Below, in pieces: positions 45,112 to 55,341 of a stretch of 64,000 nt of DNA. Below the pieces are notes generated by a model that was not told the origin of the DNA, ran no database searches, and saw only the letters and a program-made list of their open reading frames with translations. Source of the DNA: Candidatus Tayloriibacteriota bacterium. Its GTDB lineage: Bacteria; Patescibacteriota; Minisyncoccia; Phycocordibacterales; PALSA-1337. The stretch spans positions 3,795 to 67,794 of the forward strand of contig PLXZ01000001.1 in assembly GCA_003151615.1 (NCBI GenBank). The letters run 5' to 3'. Each line of letters begins with the position of its first letter. The first letter of the stretch is position 1. A program made the position numbers and the translations under genes.

Positions 45112-46716
45112 TTATGCAGAAATCCCGACGTTTGCCGGAAACTCGACATAAAACTGCGACCCCTTCCCCGCACCCTGCGATTCGGCCCAGACTTTGCCGC
45201 CGTGCGCGTCGACGATATTCTTTGCGAAGAAAAGTCCGTAGCCGGTGCTGTGCACGTTGACCTTGACCGATTCCTTGCCGCGGCCACCTTCGGTGAACAG
45301 ATGTGACATGTCCTCGGGAGTGATGCCGACGCCGGTGTCTTTTATCGAAAGAAGTACGACAGATTTCGCGGCCTTTAAATTTTTAGGATCCTTGATTCCG
45401 CCGAGCAAAATGACGGTGACGCTTCCTGACGGCGTGTAGCGGATGGAATTGTCGACCAAATTGCGGATGACATGCTGGACAATTTTCTCGCGATCGCCGT
45501 CAATCGTGTAATTCACGCCCCCGGGAATTTCTATGTTCAATGCAAGTCCCTTTTTCTGCGCTTCGGACATCAATGACGCGACGACTTCTTCCGTTGCCAC
45601 CTTCATATCAAAAGGTTTCTTGTACATTGCGAGCGTGCCATTTTTCGCATTCGAGGAATTCAAAATATCCATGACCATTTCCACCGTATGTTTCGTACTG
45701 TCATCCGCAACCGCGACTATTTTCTTCATCGGTTCCGTTGCCTCGCCCAAATCCCCTTCCAAAATCGCCGCGAACGCATCACGGTTTTTTCCAAGCGCAC
45801 CCTTGACTTCATGACTGACCAAATGCACCAGGCTGTCGAGCTGTTTGGCGAGCGACTCGATTTTTTCGCGCTGTTTGACTTCCCGGTAAACCGTCTTTAT
45901 CAAAAGAACGCCGAAAATCATGGTGAGAATCAGAACAATGCCGCTGATTATCTGGTCCTCAATATTTTGGGCGAGAACCGTTCGAAACAAGAGAATAATC
46001 CACAACGTACCCGTCAGGAATTCTGTCGCAACAATCTTCACGTTAAACAAACTGTACTTCAGCATCGCATACGCGATGATGAGCGGATAGAATGAGAAAA
46101 GAACAATCGGAAACGGATAAATAGGAACATTGAATGTCAAAAAGAAAACACTGCCGCCGCCGAGAAATCCGGCGATCGATGAGAGAAGGACAAATCGGAG
46201 CCTGATTGCGTCGCTTTTCTCGGACCTGCGAATTTGCATGAAAAGTATGACCAAGGAAAAGATGACAATGCCAAAAAAATAGGCTGTGAAATAAATGTAA
46301 AGGGGGCCAGCGTCAGGCGCAAAATTAAACGGCCCCTTTTGAAAAACATCTCGGACAAAAGCGGGCAAAGGGCTGACGACCAAGAAAAACAAGCCCGCCA
46401 CTGAAAACGTATAGAAAAAATCCTTGTATTTCTGATAAACTTTTGTCAGAGATATTATGAAAAGAAAATAAAAAATTGGAATAAGTATCGCTCCAACATG
46501 CAAAGTTTCGTCACTAAAGACTGCAAGGCCTTTTGTGTTTGAAATACTCATAAGCTGGTAGCCAAAGCTCCATATTGCAGTCGAAAAGTTCAAAAGAAGC
46601 CATGCAATATTTTCGCGTTTCTTCGAATCATCCAAAAAGACAAAAAGTCCCGCAAACAATGACACAACCCCACCCAAGAACAATGACAGACTGTAATAAT
46701 TGATTACGAACGACAT
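45112..46716 (-). CDS. Sensor histidine kinase with an N-terminal multi-TM (7TM-type) domain
   Basis: Many TM helices; H-box VSHEVK, N-box NLVDNSIRYT, DTGVGI, GYGLF, HGGKVW..S.G.GKGSQF. Confidence 0.93.
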   Translation of the reverse strand: MSFVINYYSLSLFLGGVVSLFAGLFVFLDDSKKRENIAWLLLNFSTAIWSFGYQLMSISNTKGLAVFSDETLHVGAILIPIFYFLFIISLTKVYQKYKDFFYTFSVAGLFFLVVSPLPAFVRDVFQKGPFNFAPDAGPLYIYFTAYFFGIVIFSLVILFMQIRRSEKSDAIRLRFVLLSSIAGFLGGGSVFFLTFNVPIYPFPIVLFSFYPLIIAYAMLKYSLFNVKIVATEFLTGTLWIILLFRTVLAQNIEDQIISGIVLILTMIFGVLLIKTVYREVKQREKIESLAKQLDSLVHLVSHEVKGALGKNRDAFAAILEGDLGEATEPMKKIVAVADDSTKHTVEMVMDILNSSNAKNGTLAMYKKPFDMKVATEEVVASLMSEAQKKGLALNIEIPGGVNYTIDGDREKIVQHVIRNLVDNSIRYTPSGSVTVILLGGIKDPKNLKAAKSVVLLSIKDTGVGITPEDMSHLFTEGGRGKESVKVNVHSTGYGLFFAKNIVDAHGGKVWAESQGAGKGSQFYVEFPANVGISA

Positions 46717-46717
46717 A

Positions 46718-48364
46718 TTATTTATAGAGATACAGGTATTTATTACCGAGAACTGATATTTGTGGATTATTCCTTAACAAATGGGCCAGATCGGTTATCG
46801 AAGTAAAGTTGATGTTTGTTCCGTGATGCGGCTCTATGTGCACGTCACCATTATACTCCATATTATCCGCAAAGGCTTTTTCAAAGATATTCAGCTTTCC
46901 GTCAAGGGCAAATATGGCCGACTGGGCCGTCGAACAGGCAACGTGAGGATTCAAATTTCCATGGAAAAGCCAACCTTTCGGAAGATACTCGGGATTGAAG
47001 TAACCATGCCAATGGGCAATGCCGAAACCTTTTTCCTTTGCCTGCTTGGCATAGCCAGAAGCAGGTTTTACATGTTCCAAAATTGAGGCGGAGATGGCAT
47101 TCCCCACCGCATGCGCCAAAATCACCTTCGTGTCGAATGACGGACGGTAATCTTTCGTCAATTTCATTCCTCGCGGCATTTGCAAATACATTTTTCCATC
47201 AACGAGACCGAGCTTTAATATATCAGTTTCAGGATGAACGTTCGTCTTGTCGGACCCGGATTTCTGGCTCAACACCCATATAGGAGGAACTTTCATGCAG
47301 AATTTTTTGCCGTTCAATTCAATGACAATAAAGAGTTTTCCGCCGGACCAAAAATAATCTTTTCCGGAAGAAATTTCAGGATATTGTTTCATGGCTGATT
47401 CGATTGGCACAAGTTTTTCAATTTCAACCGGCATTTGTTTCGCGAGAAATCCGTAACTCATGCCGCTTCTGTTATCCAAATGAATTTTGCCAATCCATCT
47501 GTAAAATCCGTTACGGAAAGGCATATCGGCAATTTTCTTGCCTTTCGGATACAAACCGGTGGCATCAAAAGCTTTCGCGCCAATCACGATGTCGGCGATC
47601 TGCGACTGATAGTCCTTCGCGGTAACGTCAAAATGCTCGTCGAGGACCACAAATTCGGTAAATTTATGCGGACGTATCGGTGCAACAATTTTTGGCACAA
47701 GGGCATCAAGAACATGTTCTTTGAAATCTTCATCAATTGAATACACGGGATGCGAAGCGTTGAAGTTATACAGAATCCATTCCTTTTTACTGACCAAAAT
47801 GACAATCTGGGTCATATGATACGAGAAAAGATCCATCGCCGTGTCAAAATGCTTTTGAAACTCGCTTTTTTCATCGATATCCTTTGGCTGGTCCAAAATG
47901 GTTATGATGGAATTCTGCGTAAAGCTCGAAGTGTAATCAATCGGCAATTTCCAGGTCTTGTTTTTTCCGAGGGCAATTACGGATATTCCCCTCTTGATGC
48001 GCCACCTTTTCAAAAGATTCCTCAACGCCGAAAAATTAATGAAATAATACGGATGTTCTTTTCTAAAAAGCTCATAGACTGCAAACAGAAAATTATTGGC
48101 AATGATATTAAAAAAACGTTTTGCAATTTTGCGGAAAGGAACTTTTTCCAAAGTATCGGCATATGGGACGACAGATACGCCGAGTTCATGAAATGTCTTC
48201 GTCAATTTTTCCGCGAAAACCTGAATTTCCGGACTTATATTCGCTGTATCATAGGGAAAAAAAGAGACTTTCATCATGGTCGCCATTTCACGGGGTGAAA
48301 GACATGTCTTTTCCTTTATACCGAGTATTTCCTGAATGGCGTCTTGACTGAGCATATGTGCCAT
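46718..48364 (-). CDS. Hypothetical protein with a possible C-terminal class II aldolase/MtnB-like metal-binding domain
   Basis: SGSDK, PSFDT, HWH and HHG occur in the order of class II aldolase motifs (SG.DK, PS.E, HxH, xHG). Confidence 0.55.
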   Translation of the reverse strand: MAHMLSQDAIQEILGIKEKTCLSPREMATMMKVSFFPYDTANISPEIQVFAEKLTKTFHELGVSVVPYADTLEKVPFRKIAKRFFNIIANNFLFAVYELFRKEHPYYFINFSALRNLLKRWRIKRGISVIALGKNKTWKLPIDYTSSFTQNSIITILDQPKDIDEKSEFQKHFDTAMDLFSYHMTQIVILVSKKEWILYNFNASHPVYSIDEDFKEHVLDALVPKIVAPIRPHKFTEFVVLDEHFDVTAKDYQSQIADIVIGAKAFDATGLYPKGKKIADMPFRNGFYRWIGKIHLDNRSGMSYGFLAKQMPVEIEKLVPIESAMKQYPEISSGKDYFWSGGKLFIVIELNGKKFCMKVPPIWVLSQKSGSDKTNVHPETDILKLGLVDGKMYLQMPRGMKLTKDYRPSFDTKVILAHAVGNAISASILEHVKPASGYAKQAKEKGFGIAHWHGYFNPEYLPKGWLFHGNLNPHVACSTAQSAIFALDGKLNIFEKAFADNMEYNGDVHIEPHHGTNINFTSITDLAHLLRNNPQISVLGNKYLYLYK

Positions 48365-48423
48365 GATTATAGCAGAAAAAAGACCTACTCATGCGTTTGA
48401 AACGCACTTTCGGTCTTGTGTTA

Positions 48424-48642
48424 CTACCACGATCGTGCCGTGATTGTAATATGGGGCAGACAACAGCTCCAGCCCGGTTTTGCAATTGTTGCGTCCGAGC
48501 CGGAAACAGGAATCAGTTTCCCGTTATTGCACACTGGGCAGCACCTATCGTCCGCTGATTTTCCGCTGATGGAATCAACTCGAGGAATTCCTGCCGTCCG
48601 AATGTCGCATTTCGGGCAAAAATACAAAGAATTACCACGCAT
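48424..48642 (-). CDS. Possible small Cys-rich (zinc-ribbon-like) protein
   Basis: CPKC and CPVC pairs; short and otherwise unsupported. Confidence 0.3.
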   Translation of the reverse strand: MRGNSLYFCPKCDIRTAGIPRVDSISGKSADDRCCPVCNNGKLIPVSGSDATIAKPGWSCCLPHITITARSW

Positions 48643-48943
48643 GCCAGGGACAGTCCCGTTCTTTAAAGAAAGCGCCCAAGCCTCCACGCGACAACTTCTT
48701 TTGCCTGACTTTTTCGGTCAGGAGATGCGGTCGCGTGGCGTAAAATTCGCGGTTCTTCCGCCGTTCGTCGGCTTTTTGAGTGCGATATGTTTCAACACAA
48801 ACCCATTCGCCGGTGCCGGAACTGGAAACGCAAAAAATAAGCTCTTCCAGTCCGCCGGCATCATTACGCCTCCAACCTGCAATTCCTTTTTTTTCCAAAG
48901 CCGGAGTCGTCATTGCCTTTGAAGCAAACACTGTTGATTTCAT
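48632..48943 (-). CDS. Possible hypothetical protein
   Basis: About 103-aa ORF from MKSTVF after an A-rich leader; no recognisable motifs. Confidence 0.35.
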   Translation of the reverse strand: MKSTVFASKAMTTPALEKKGIAGWRRNDAGGLEELIFCVSSSGTGEWVCVETYRTQKADERRKNREFYATRPHLLTEKVRQKKLSRGGLGAFFKERDCPWHAW

Positions 48944-49199
48944 TGCTGTCCTTTCTCTTTTGTTTTTGTTGTTACTGTTTGTACTGTCGTTACCCATTCG
49001 TCCACAAGGACGATATAACGAAAAACGAGCCCTGGATTTGTTCCAAGACTCGTTTTTGAGATATTTTCCGTTTACTTACCGGGAGAAAATCGCAAAGCCA
49101 GCCTTGGAACTTTTGGTCCAGAGCCAGATAAAGACGCTCACGTTTATTGCCTGCAATGATGTATGCGTTTTTTGCATGCGAATAGTATAGATTGAAACT

Positions 49200-49895
49200 T
49201 TATGCAATGCAATCCCTCACTTTCCCCATGATATATTCGGCTTCTTCTTTATAAACATTGCCGCCAGGTTCGACGCTACGCGCAACATTTTCGTGGAGTT
49301 CGGTGACAGTGATAGAGGGGCCAAATGTTATTTTGATGTGCCGACGGCGAAGAAAAAAATCGCTGAATTTCATTTTATGCGCGCCGGAAATGCCGACGGG
49401 AATGACTGGCGCGCCGGTGCGTTCCGCGAGATAACCGACTCCGCCGCGTGCGGTCTGGATTGTGCCATCGGGAGTAACCCCGCCTTCCGGAAAAACGAAA
49501 ACGCTTTTGCCCGCTTCGACGATTTTCACGTGATTGACGAGCGATTTTTCATAGTCTTTTTTGCCAGTCATGACCCGGTGTGCACCCCACAATTGAAAGA
49601 TGAACCCTCCGTATATGAGCTGGAGAATGCCGCTCGTGTCATAGAATTTTTTCTCGCGCGACGTGTAGAAAATCGGCATGAACCGCGACAAAAACGGCAA
49701 ACCGGCGGGCAAAAGTATCGCATCAAGCTCGCTTGTATGGTTTGAAGCAAAGATAGCGCCTTTTTTTGTCGAAACGGGCGTCAGGTGTTCGAGACCATGT
49801 ACTTCAAAATGGCCGAAAACTTTCAGAAGCAAACGCGTTCCCGGCCAAATAAAGGTCTGGAGAATGAGCGGGGAAATTAAAAAGAAGGGATTCAT
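49200..49895 (-). CDS. plsC: 1-acyl-sn-glycerol-3-phosphate acyltransferase family protein
   Basis: NHTSELD (HxxxxD), VFPEG, PVIPVGI. Confidence 0.85.
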   Translation of the reverse strand: MNPFFLISPLILQTFIWPGTRLLLKVFGHFEVHGLEHLTPVSTKKGAIFASNHTSELDAILLPAGLPFLSRFMPIFYTSREKKFYDTSGILQLIYGGFIFQLWGAHRVMTGKKDYEKSLVNHVKIVEAGKSVFVFPEGGVTPDGTIQTARGGVGYLAERTGAPVIPVGISGAHKMKFSDFFLRRRHIKITFGPSITVTELHENVARSVEPGGNVYKEEAEYIMGKVRDCIA

Positions 49896-49933
49896 ATTAT
49901 TTTGTGGAAATAACTGCGCGGTATGAGAATTGA

Positions 49934-51226
49934 TTACGGATTGAGCCGCTTTACGTCGCGCGGCAAATAGGTAGCCTCGCGCACGTTCGGAAGGTCGAGA
50001 ATTTTCATGATCAAACGTCCGGGACCGATGCCAGCGCCGCCGTGCGCCGGAACTCCGTAGCGGAAAAAGTTCAAATAATCATGGAGTGATTCGAGGTTCA
50101 TGCCTTTTTCTTTCGCCTGCTTTTCCAAAATGTCGATGCGATGCTCGCGCTGGGCAAGCGTCGTTACTTCGATTCCGCGATAAATGAGATCAGCGCGTCG
50201 CGAACGGTCATTGTCCTCGGGATGACGCATATGATAGAAGGCGCTTTTTGATTTGTGATAGTCGGTTATGAAAACGAAATCGTGATTGTGCGTTTTTTTG
50301 ACGTATTCCGAAATAGCACGCTCTTCCTCGGGCGACAAATCATGTTCTTCGCCGCTCGCAACGCCTTCCTTCGCCAAAATTTTCTTGGCTTCAACCATTG
50401 AAATTCGCGGAAACGGTCGCGAAGGAATTTCGATGTTCACGTCGGGAAATTTTAACGGAGCATCTTCTTTCAACTGAGTGAAAGCAGATACAAGCATTGC
50501 CTCCTCCGCATCCATCAAATCGTGATGGTCATTGATGTCGGAAATTTCGAAGTCGAAGCCGGTGAATTCGGTGAGATGACGCGTCGTGAATGATTCCTCG
50601 GCTCTGAATACTGGACCAGCGATGAAGACCTTGCCAAAGCCCGACGCCATGGCCATCTGCTTGTAGAATTGCGGCGACTGGGCGAGGTACGCTTTTTTAT
50701 CGAAATATTTAACCTCGAAAACTTCGGCACCGGTTTCCGACGGAGTGCTCATGAATGATGGAGAATAAATCTGGATGTAATCATTTTCATTCCAGTATTT
50801 GCGAAGGCCTTTTTCAAATGAAGTCCAGACTTTGAAAATTTTCGCCTTTTCCGGCTTTCGTAGATCGATCCAACGATAGTCGAAGCGGACGGGGGCTTCG
50901 GTGTCTTCCCCTCCTTTAATGGTGACAACAGGAATGGCCAATTCAGGAAGAGCCGCGCTCACTATTTCCATTTTCGCGACCTGAATTTCGACGCCGCCCG
51001 GCGCCTGTTTCGCCGCCACCAGTTTTCCTTCGACCGAAACATACGATTCCGTGCTAATTTTCTTGAGCTCGCCAATCAGAGCCTCGCCCAAAAATACGCA
51101 TTGCACCATGCCGGTGATATTGCGTAGGGTAATAAAGCCGACCTTTCCCTGAGCGCGGACGGATTGCACGAAGCCTTTGACCGAAACGTCCTTGTCGATA
51201 TGTGATGGTAAATCGTTGATTTTCAT
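49934..51226 (-). CDS. aspS: Aspartate--tRNA ligase (archaeal-like/non-discriminating type)
   Basis: R.DYRWIDLR, AYLAQSPQFYKQ, GPVFRAE.S.T.RHL.EF, HGG.GIG, PRD..RL.P; no GAD insert. Confidence 0.93.
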   Translation of the reverse strand: MKINDLPSHIDKDVSVKGFVQSVRAQGKVGFITLRNITGMVQCVFLGEALIGELKKISTESYVSVEGKLVAAKQAPGGVEIQVAKMEIVSAALPELAIPVVTIKGGEDTEAPVRFDYRWIDLRKPEKAKIFKVWTSFEKGLRKYWNENDYIQIYSPSFMSTPSETGAEVFEVKYFDKKAYLAQSPQFYKQMAMASGFGKVFIAGPVFRAEESFTTRHLTEFTGFDFEISDINDHHDLMDAEEAMLVSAFTQLKEDAPLKFPDVNIEIPSRPFPRISMVEAKKILAKEGVASGEEHDLSPEEERAISEYVKKTHNHDFVFITDYHKSKSAFYHMRHPEDNDRSRRADLIYRGIEVTTLAQREHRIDILEKQAKEKGMNLESLHDYLNFFRYGVPAHGGAGIGPGRLIMKILDLPNVREATYLPRDVKRLNP

Positions 51227-51233
51227 TTGTTTG

Positions 51234-51914
51234 TTACGGAAATAGTATCATTTTCCAGACAATATCCAAAACTTCACGCTGAACCTCGGCGATTGGCCGA
51301 TGGCCGTCAACGACAACGCTTTTTATTTCCTTGTTGCCAAAAAATTTCTTGTAGCCGTCTCTGACCGAATTATGAAAAGCGATTGCACGGTTGTCAAAAT
51401 GATTTCCGTCGAGAAGCGACTGGTTGCGCGAGTTTGCCCGGCGAAGGCCTTCCTCGGAACTGACATCTATATATATGTACAGGTCGGGTAATACATTGAG
51501 TTGTTTTCGCAAATGCCAGAAAACTTCCTCAAGCGCGCCTTCGGACTGCGCGATAACGTTGTATGCAAACGAAGAGCCGTCAAAACGATCGGTTATGACC
51601 GATTTTCCCGATTTCATCGCGGGCAGTATGGTTTTCGCAACATGCTCAAAACGCGACGCGAACATCAGGGAGAGCATCGTTTGCGGCAAAGCCCCTTCCG
51701 CCAAAGGGTCTTTCAGTGCGGTGTTTCGTATGACCTCCGCAAAAGGCGATCCGCCCGGTTCGCGGGTCGTGACAACGGCATCGCCCAAGGCTTCCCGGAG
51801 CGCAATCAGAACGGACGATTTCCCCGAGCCTTCCCCGCCCTCGAGGACGATGAATTTTGGCTGCGGCTTGGGCTTTATTTTCACTTCTGATTTTTTTGCA
51901 GTGTTTTTTTGCAT
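51234..51914 (-). CDS. tmk: Thymidylate kinase
   Basis: FIVLEGGEGSGKS, TREPGG, VITDRF..S..AY, PDL. Confidence 0.95.
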   Translation of the reverse strand: MQKNTAKKSEVKIKPKPQPKFIVLEGGEGSGKSSVLIALREALGDAVVTTREPGGSPFAEVIRNTALKDPLAEGALPQTMLSLMFASRFEHVAKTILPAMKSGKSVITDRFDGSSFAYNVIAQSEGALEEVFWHLRKQLNVLPDLYIYIDVSSEEGLRRANSRNQSLLDGNHFDNRAIAFHNSVRDGYKKFFGNKEIKSVVVDGHRPIAEVQREVLDIVWKMILFP

Positions 51915-51915
51915 A

Positions 51916-52407
51916 CTATCTTTTGAATTGTTCGGTTGCACCTTCGACCAAATAGACATTTCGGATGCCGCCGGCAATCATGCTGTCCCAGCAGGGCTTG
52001 CAACACCACCAATGTCCCCAGTGATACAAATCAGAACCTGAAATATCGCCGATTTTATTTTGAGCGTCTTTTACAGCACGCGGCTCCGAATGCATTTTGG
52101 AAGAAGCACATCCGGGACACAAATAATATTTCGTTCCCGACTTTATATGAAACATTTTTCTGATGCAAAATTTGTTGTGGAGATTTTTCAGCCATTGTTT
52201 ACGAAGCCTTGATTGGTTCGCGCCGTACCCGATTATTTTTCCGTCTTTGACAACCGTCGCTCCCGTAGGCTGTTTGCTGTCGGTCGAAAATTCCAAAGTG
52301 TACCTTTTGGTTTCAGCCATAAAGGGATTACTGACTGGTACGTATATGAATTTTCTTCCTTCGGGAAGATATGGGTAGGGGTGAGTCATTATGAAAGTAT
52401 ACGACAA
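51916..52407 (-). CDS. Zinc-dependent CMP/dCMP-type deaminase
   Basis: GATVVKDG.IIG.G.N, HSE, CCKPC, GI..VY; start may be 52389. Confidence 0.8.
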   Translation of the reverse strand: MSYTFIMTHPYPYLPEGRKFIYVPVSNPFMAETKRYTLEFSTDSKQPTGATVVKDGKIIGYGANQSRLRKQWLKNLHNKFCIRKMFHIKSGTKYYLCPGCASSKMHSEPRAVKDAQNKIGDISGSDLYHWGHWWCCKPCWDSMIAGGIRNVYLVEGATEQFKR

Positions 52408-52427
52408 TTATATATAATTAGGGGACT

Positions 52428-53288
52428 ATGACCAAATTTGATGAAATCTACCAGGGAATGGTCGAAAAAATAATGACCGAGGGACTGGAGGAGGTTAACC
52501 AGAGCAAGCAGGCCGGCAGCGAACGCTCGACTTACCTAACCAAGGCTATCCCCGGAATGCATTTTTCCATTGATATAGAAAAGGACGGCTTCCCTCTTTT
52601 GACTCTCAGAAAAATACCGGTGAAGGGAATGGTTGCGGAACAAGCATGGTTCATCATGGGTTCACGAAAACCGGAAGATTTTCTTCGGAGTTATACAAAA
52701 ATTTGGGACGCTTTCACCAATCCTGGCGATGTAGTCACCGTCGCCTACGGATACCGCTGGAGAAAACATTTCGGCCGCGATCAGTTAAAACTTCTCATCG
52801 ACTTACTCAAGAAAGAACCCGGTTCGCGGCACGGTGTTGTACTTGCCTGGGATCCAAGTCAGGACGGACTCTCGCTTCAGAAAAAGAAAAATGTTCCGTG
52901 CCCATATAGTTTCACCGTGAATATCATAGGTGGACGGTTGCACTTGCATAATATAGTGCGTTCAAATGACGTGATGCTCGGCGTGCCCTATGACGTTGCA
53001 GGATTCGCGCTCCTTCAATGCTTGCTCGCGCAAGAGCTCGGGGTAAAACCGGGAATATACAGCCATTCGATTTCAAACGCACATATATATGACACGCATT
53101 ACGAAGCGGCAAAGGAAATTTTGAAGCGAAAAAATGATCATGCAAAAATTACCGTCGTCTTGCCCGAAAAATCGTATGAAAATATCGAAAACAGGAAATA
53201 TGAAGTGGTCGACGCGATAATAAAAAACATTTCCGACCAGTATCAGCCGATGGAGCCGATACAGGGAATAAAAATAGTCGCCTACTGA
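52428..53288 (+). CDS. thyA: Thymidylate synthase
   Basis: FPLLT.RK, YGY.WR, DQL, SR, VPCP, RSND..LGVPYD, AHIY..H. Confidence 0.95.
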   Translation: MTKFDEIYQGMVEKIMTEGLEEVNQSKQAGSERSTYLTKAIPGMHFSIDIEKDGFPLLTLRKIPVKGMVAEQAWFIMGSRKPEDFLRSYTKIWDAFTNPGDVVTVAYGYRWRKHFGRDQLKLLIDLLKKEPGSRHGVVLAWDPSQDGLSLQKKKNVPCPYSFTVNIIGGRLHLHNIVRSNDVMLGVPYDVAGFALLQCLLAQELGVKPGIYSHSISNAHIYDTHYEAAKEILKRKNDHAKITVVLPEKSYENIENRKYEVVDAIIKNISDQYQPMEPIQGIKIVAY

Positions 53289-53327
53289 TGACTACTCAAG
53301 AGCGCCGCCTTAGTTTATAATTCCCCT

Positions 53328-53972
53328 ATGTCAATTATCACTAAACAAGAAATCATCGAGCGCGTGAAATCCGGTTCGATTGTGTTCAAACCAAACCTCG
53401 ACAAGTTCCAGCTCCAAGGACACTCGGTTGATTTGCGGTTGGGTTTTACCTTTATGATTCCGAAAATGTGGCATATGACGCCGAAGGGCCGCGAAACGCT
53501 CGACATAACGCATTTCGACAAGCGCAATCAGGATTATTTCGAAGTAATCGAGCTGGAACAAGGTCAGTACTTCGATCTGCTTCCCCAGGAATACATTCTC
53601 ATTTCGACTTTTGAATCGATGAAAATACCGAAAGACCTCATGGCTGTTCTCTATCCGCGTTCGTCGACAAATCGAAAAGGTCTTTCTCTCGACCTTACCG
53701 GAATAGTTGACGCGGGCTATGAAGGCCAGCTCATCCTGCCTGTTCGAAACAATACTCGCTCGCAGACAGTGCGTCTCTATCCCGGCGAACGCCTCTGCCA
53801 GATAGTGTTTGAAGAATTGAAACAGCCGGTTCCTGACGAAACTCGCGCGAGCAAGTATCATAAAAAAGACATCGTCGACGGAGTATACATGGAGAAAAAA
53901 GACGAGGTTGACCTCCTCATGTCCGGAGACATAAAAAAATTGAAAGCCGACTACGACATTTTGAAGGACTAA
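53328..53972 (+). CDS. dcd: dCTP deaminase
   Basis: SVDLRLG, RSS..R.GL, G.VDAGYEG.L.L, LYPGER.CQI.F. Confidence 0.9.
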   Translation: MSIITKQEIIERVKSGSIVFKPNLDKFQLQGHSVDLRLGFTFMIPKMWHMTPKGRETLDITHFDKRNQDYFEVIELEQGQYFDLLPQEYILISTFESMKIPKDLMAVLYPRSSTNRKGLSLDLTGIVDAGYEGQLILPVRNNTRSQTVRLYPGERLCQIVFEELKQPVPDETRASKYHKKDIVDGVYMEKKDEVDLLMSGDIKKLKADYDILKD

Positions 53973-53997
53973 TTAGGAATCAAAAATTTTAAAAATT

Positions 53998-54507
53998 ATG
54001 AATTGCTTCATCATAGCCGCCATAACAGCCGACGGATATATAGCGCAGAACGAAAGCCAGACTTCTTTTCTCTGGACAAGCAAGGAGGACAAGAAGCGTT
54101 TTATCGAACTGACAAAGCGCGCCGGTGTTATCGTAATGGGAAGCACCACGTATGCCAGCCTTCCGAAGCCGCTCAAAGACCGCGTAAATATTGTATACAG
54201 CCGGTCAAAAAATTTTGAAGGGGCGGAAACCACCCAGGATGCGCCGGCCGAATTATTGAAGAAACTCGAAACACGAGGCTTCAAGGAAGTCGCCATTTGC
54301 GGCGGCGCGCACATTTACAGCCTTTTCATGAATGCAAAAGTCGTGAACAAAATTTTTCTCACAATAGAACCTCTCGTATTCGGAAGCGGAATAAAACTTT
54401 TCAGTGAAGAATCACCCTTCAAATTAAAACTACTGAACATGGAAAAAACGGAATCGGGAACTCTGCTTCTCGAATATGAAGTTGACTATTTGAATCCCGT
54501 AAAATAA
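53998..54507 (+). CDS. folA: Dihydrofolate reductase
   Basis: IAA...DG.I, W...ED...F, VMG..TY.SL.KPL..R.NIV, ICGGA.IY; adjacent to thyA. Confidence 0.88.
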   Translation: MNCFIIAAITADGYIAQNESQTSFLWTSKEDKKRFIELTKRAGVIVMGSTTYASLPKPLKDRVNIVYSRSKNFEGAETTQDAPAELLKKLETRGFKEVAICGGAHIYSLFMNAKVVNKIFLTIEPLVFGSGIKLFSEESPFKLKLLNMEKTESGTLLLEYEVDYLNPVK

Positions 54508-54581
54508 ATTGACAAACCCGTTTTAAAAAGGTAAAAAGACGGAAGCAAAGAACAAACCGCAACAACCAACCCAAGGTATGT

Positions 54582-55226
54582 ATGGCCACGACCAAGGTCT
54601 CCCGAAATCCGGAAGAGGTCATCGTGCCTCGTCAGGAAATCGTCGGCATGCTCGAAAAGCATCAGGTGCCCTGGAAATCATGGGGCGCCCCCGGCACGAC
54701 AAGCAGAACTTTACACGATTTTTTCAAATATCACGAAACGGATCGCCTGTATTTGCGCAATGGCGCCCACGGTAAAAACGGTTCATCGGACAAATTCATA
54801 ATTGACGTGCACGCAGCGATCGTCATCGTCATGCACCGGATCAACCGGAAATGGCTTGAACTGTATGAAGACCGGCAGGTATTCGATGACAATCCGGAGC
54901 CTTTGATCAGAAGCGGCTTCAACGGAATCGCCGAAACAGCCAAACGGACGGAAACAATGAGTGAAACGGCAAAGCGATGCGTTACCGAAGAACTCAAATT
55001 CGCCGACCCGTCCAAATACGAAATGTCGGAATGTGTCAAAATCGAGCACCGTGAAATTGCGCCGTCGGAAAAATGGCCTGGAGTTTGGGCGGCATATCAC
55101 CGGCACATTTTCGAATGCGTCATATCCCGTCAATTGTTTCTTCCCGACGGGTATGTCGAACGGGAAGGCATCCGCACCATTTACTTCAAATGGAAGCAGC
55201 TCAATCAGTCCGAGCTTCGGGTTTGA
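54582..55226 (+). CDS. Hypothetical protein with a degenerate Nudix-like box
   Basis: GIAETAKRTETMSETAKRCVTEELK resembles Gx5Ex7REUxEE. Confidence 0.55.
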   Translation: MATTKVSRNPEEVIVPRQEIVGMLEKHQVPWKSWGAPGTTSRTLHDFFKYHETDRLYLRNGAHGKNGSSDKFIIDVHAAIVIVMHRINRKWLELYEDRQVFDDNPEPLIRSGFNGIAETAKRTETMSETAKRCVTEELKFADPSKYEMSECVKIEHREIAPSEKWPGVWAAYHRHIFECVISRQLFLPDGYVEREGIRTIYFKWKQLNQSELRV

Positions 55227-55244
55227 TACCCCAGTTTCCCCATC

Positions 55245-55277
55245 AAGGCTCCCGCACGAAAATTGCGGGGCTTTTTT
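55245..55277 (+). terminator. Rho-independent terminator
   Basis: AAGGCTCCCGCA...TGCGGGGCTTTTTT. Confidence 0.7.
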
Positions 55278-55341
55278 AATTACTTGTCTACAATTAGTCA
55301 CTGGGGTAGTATTTTTTCGTCTGAAGGTGTATATATACTAT

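Noticed and set aside
48416-49190. Plus-strand ORFs 48416..48922 and 48780..49190
   Set aside because: They use non-ATG starts, lack motifs and oppose the local gene orientation.
54961-55341. N-terminal extension of the 488-aa ORF
   Set aside because: It overlaps the upstream gene and a terminator; the signal peptide begins at ATG 55342.
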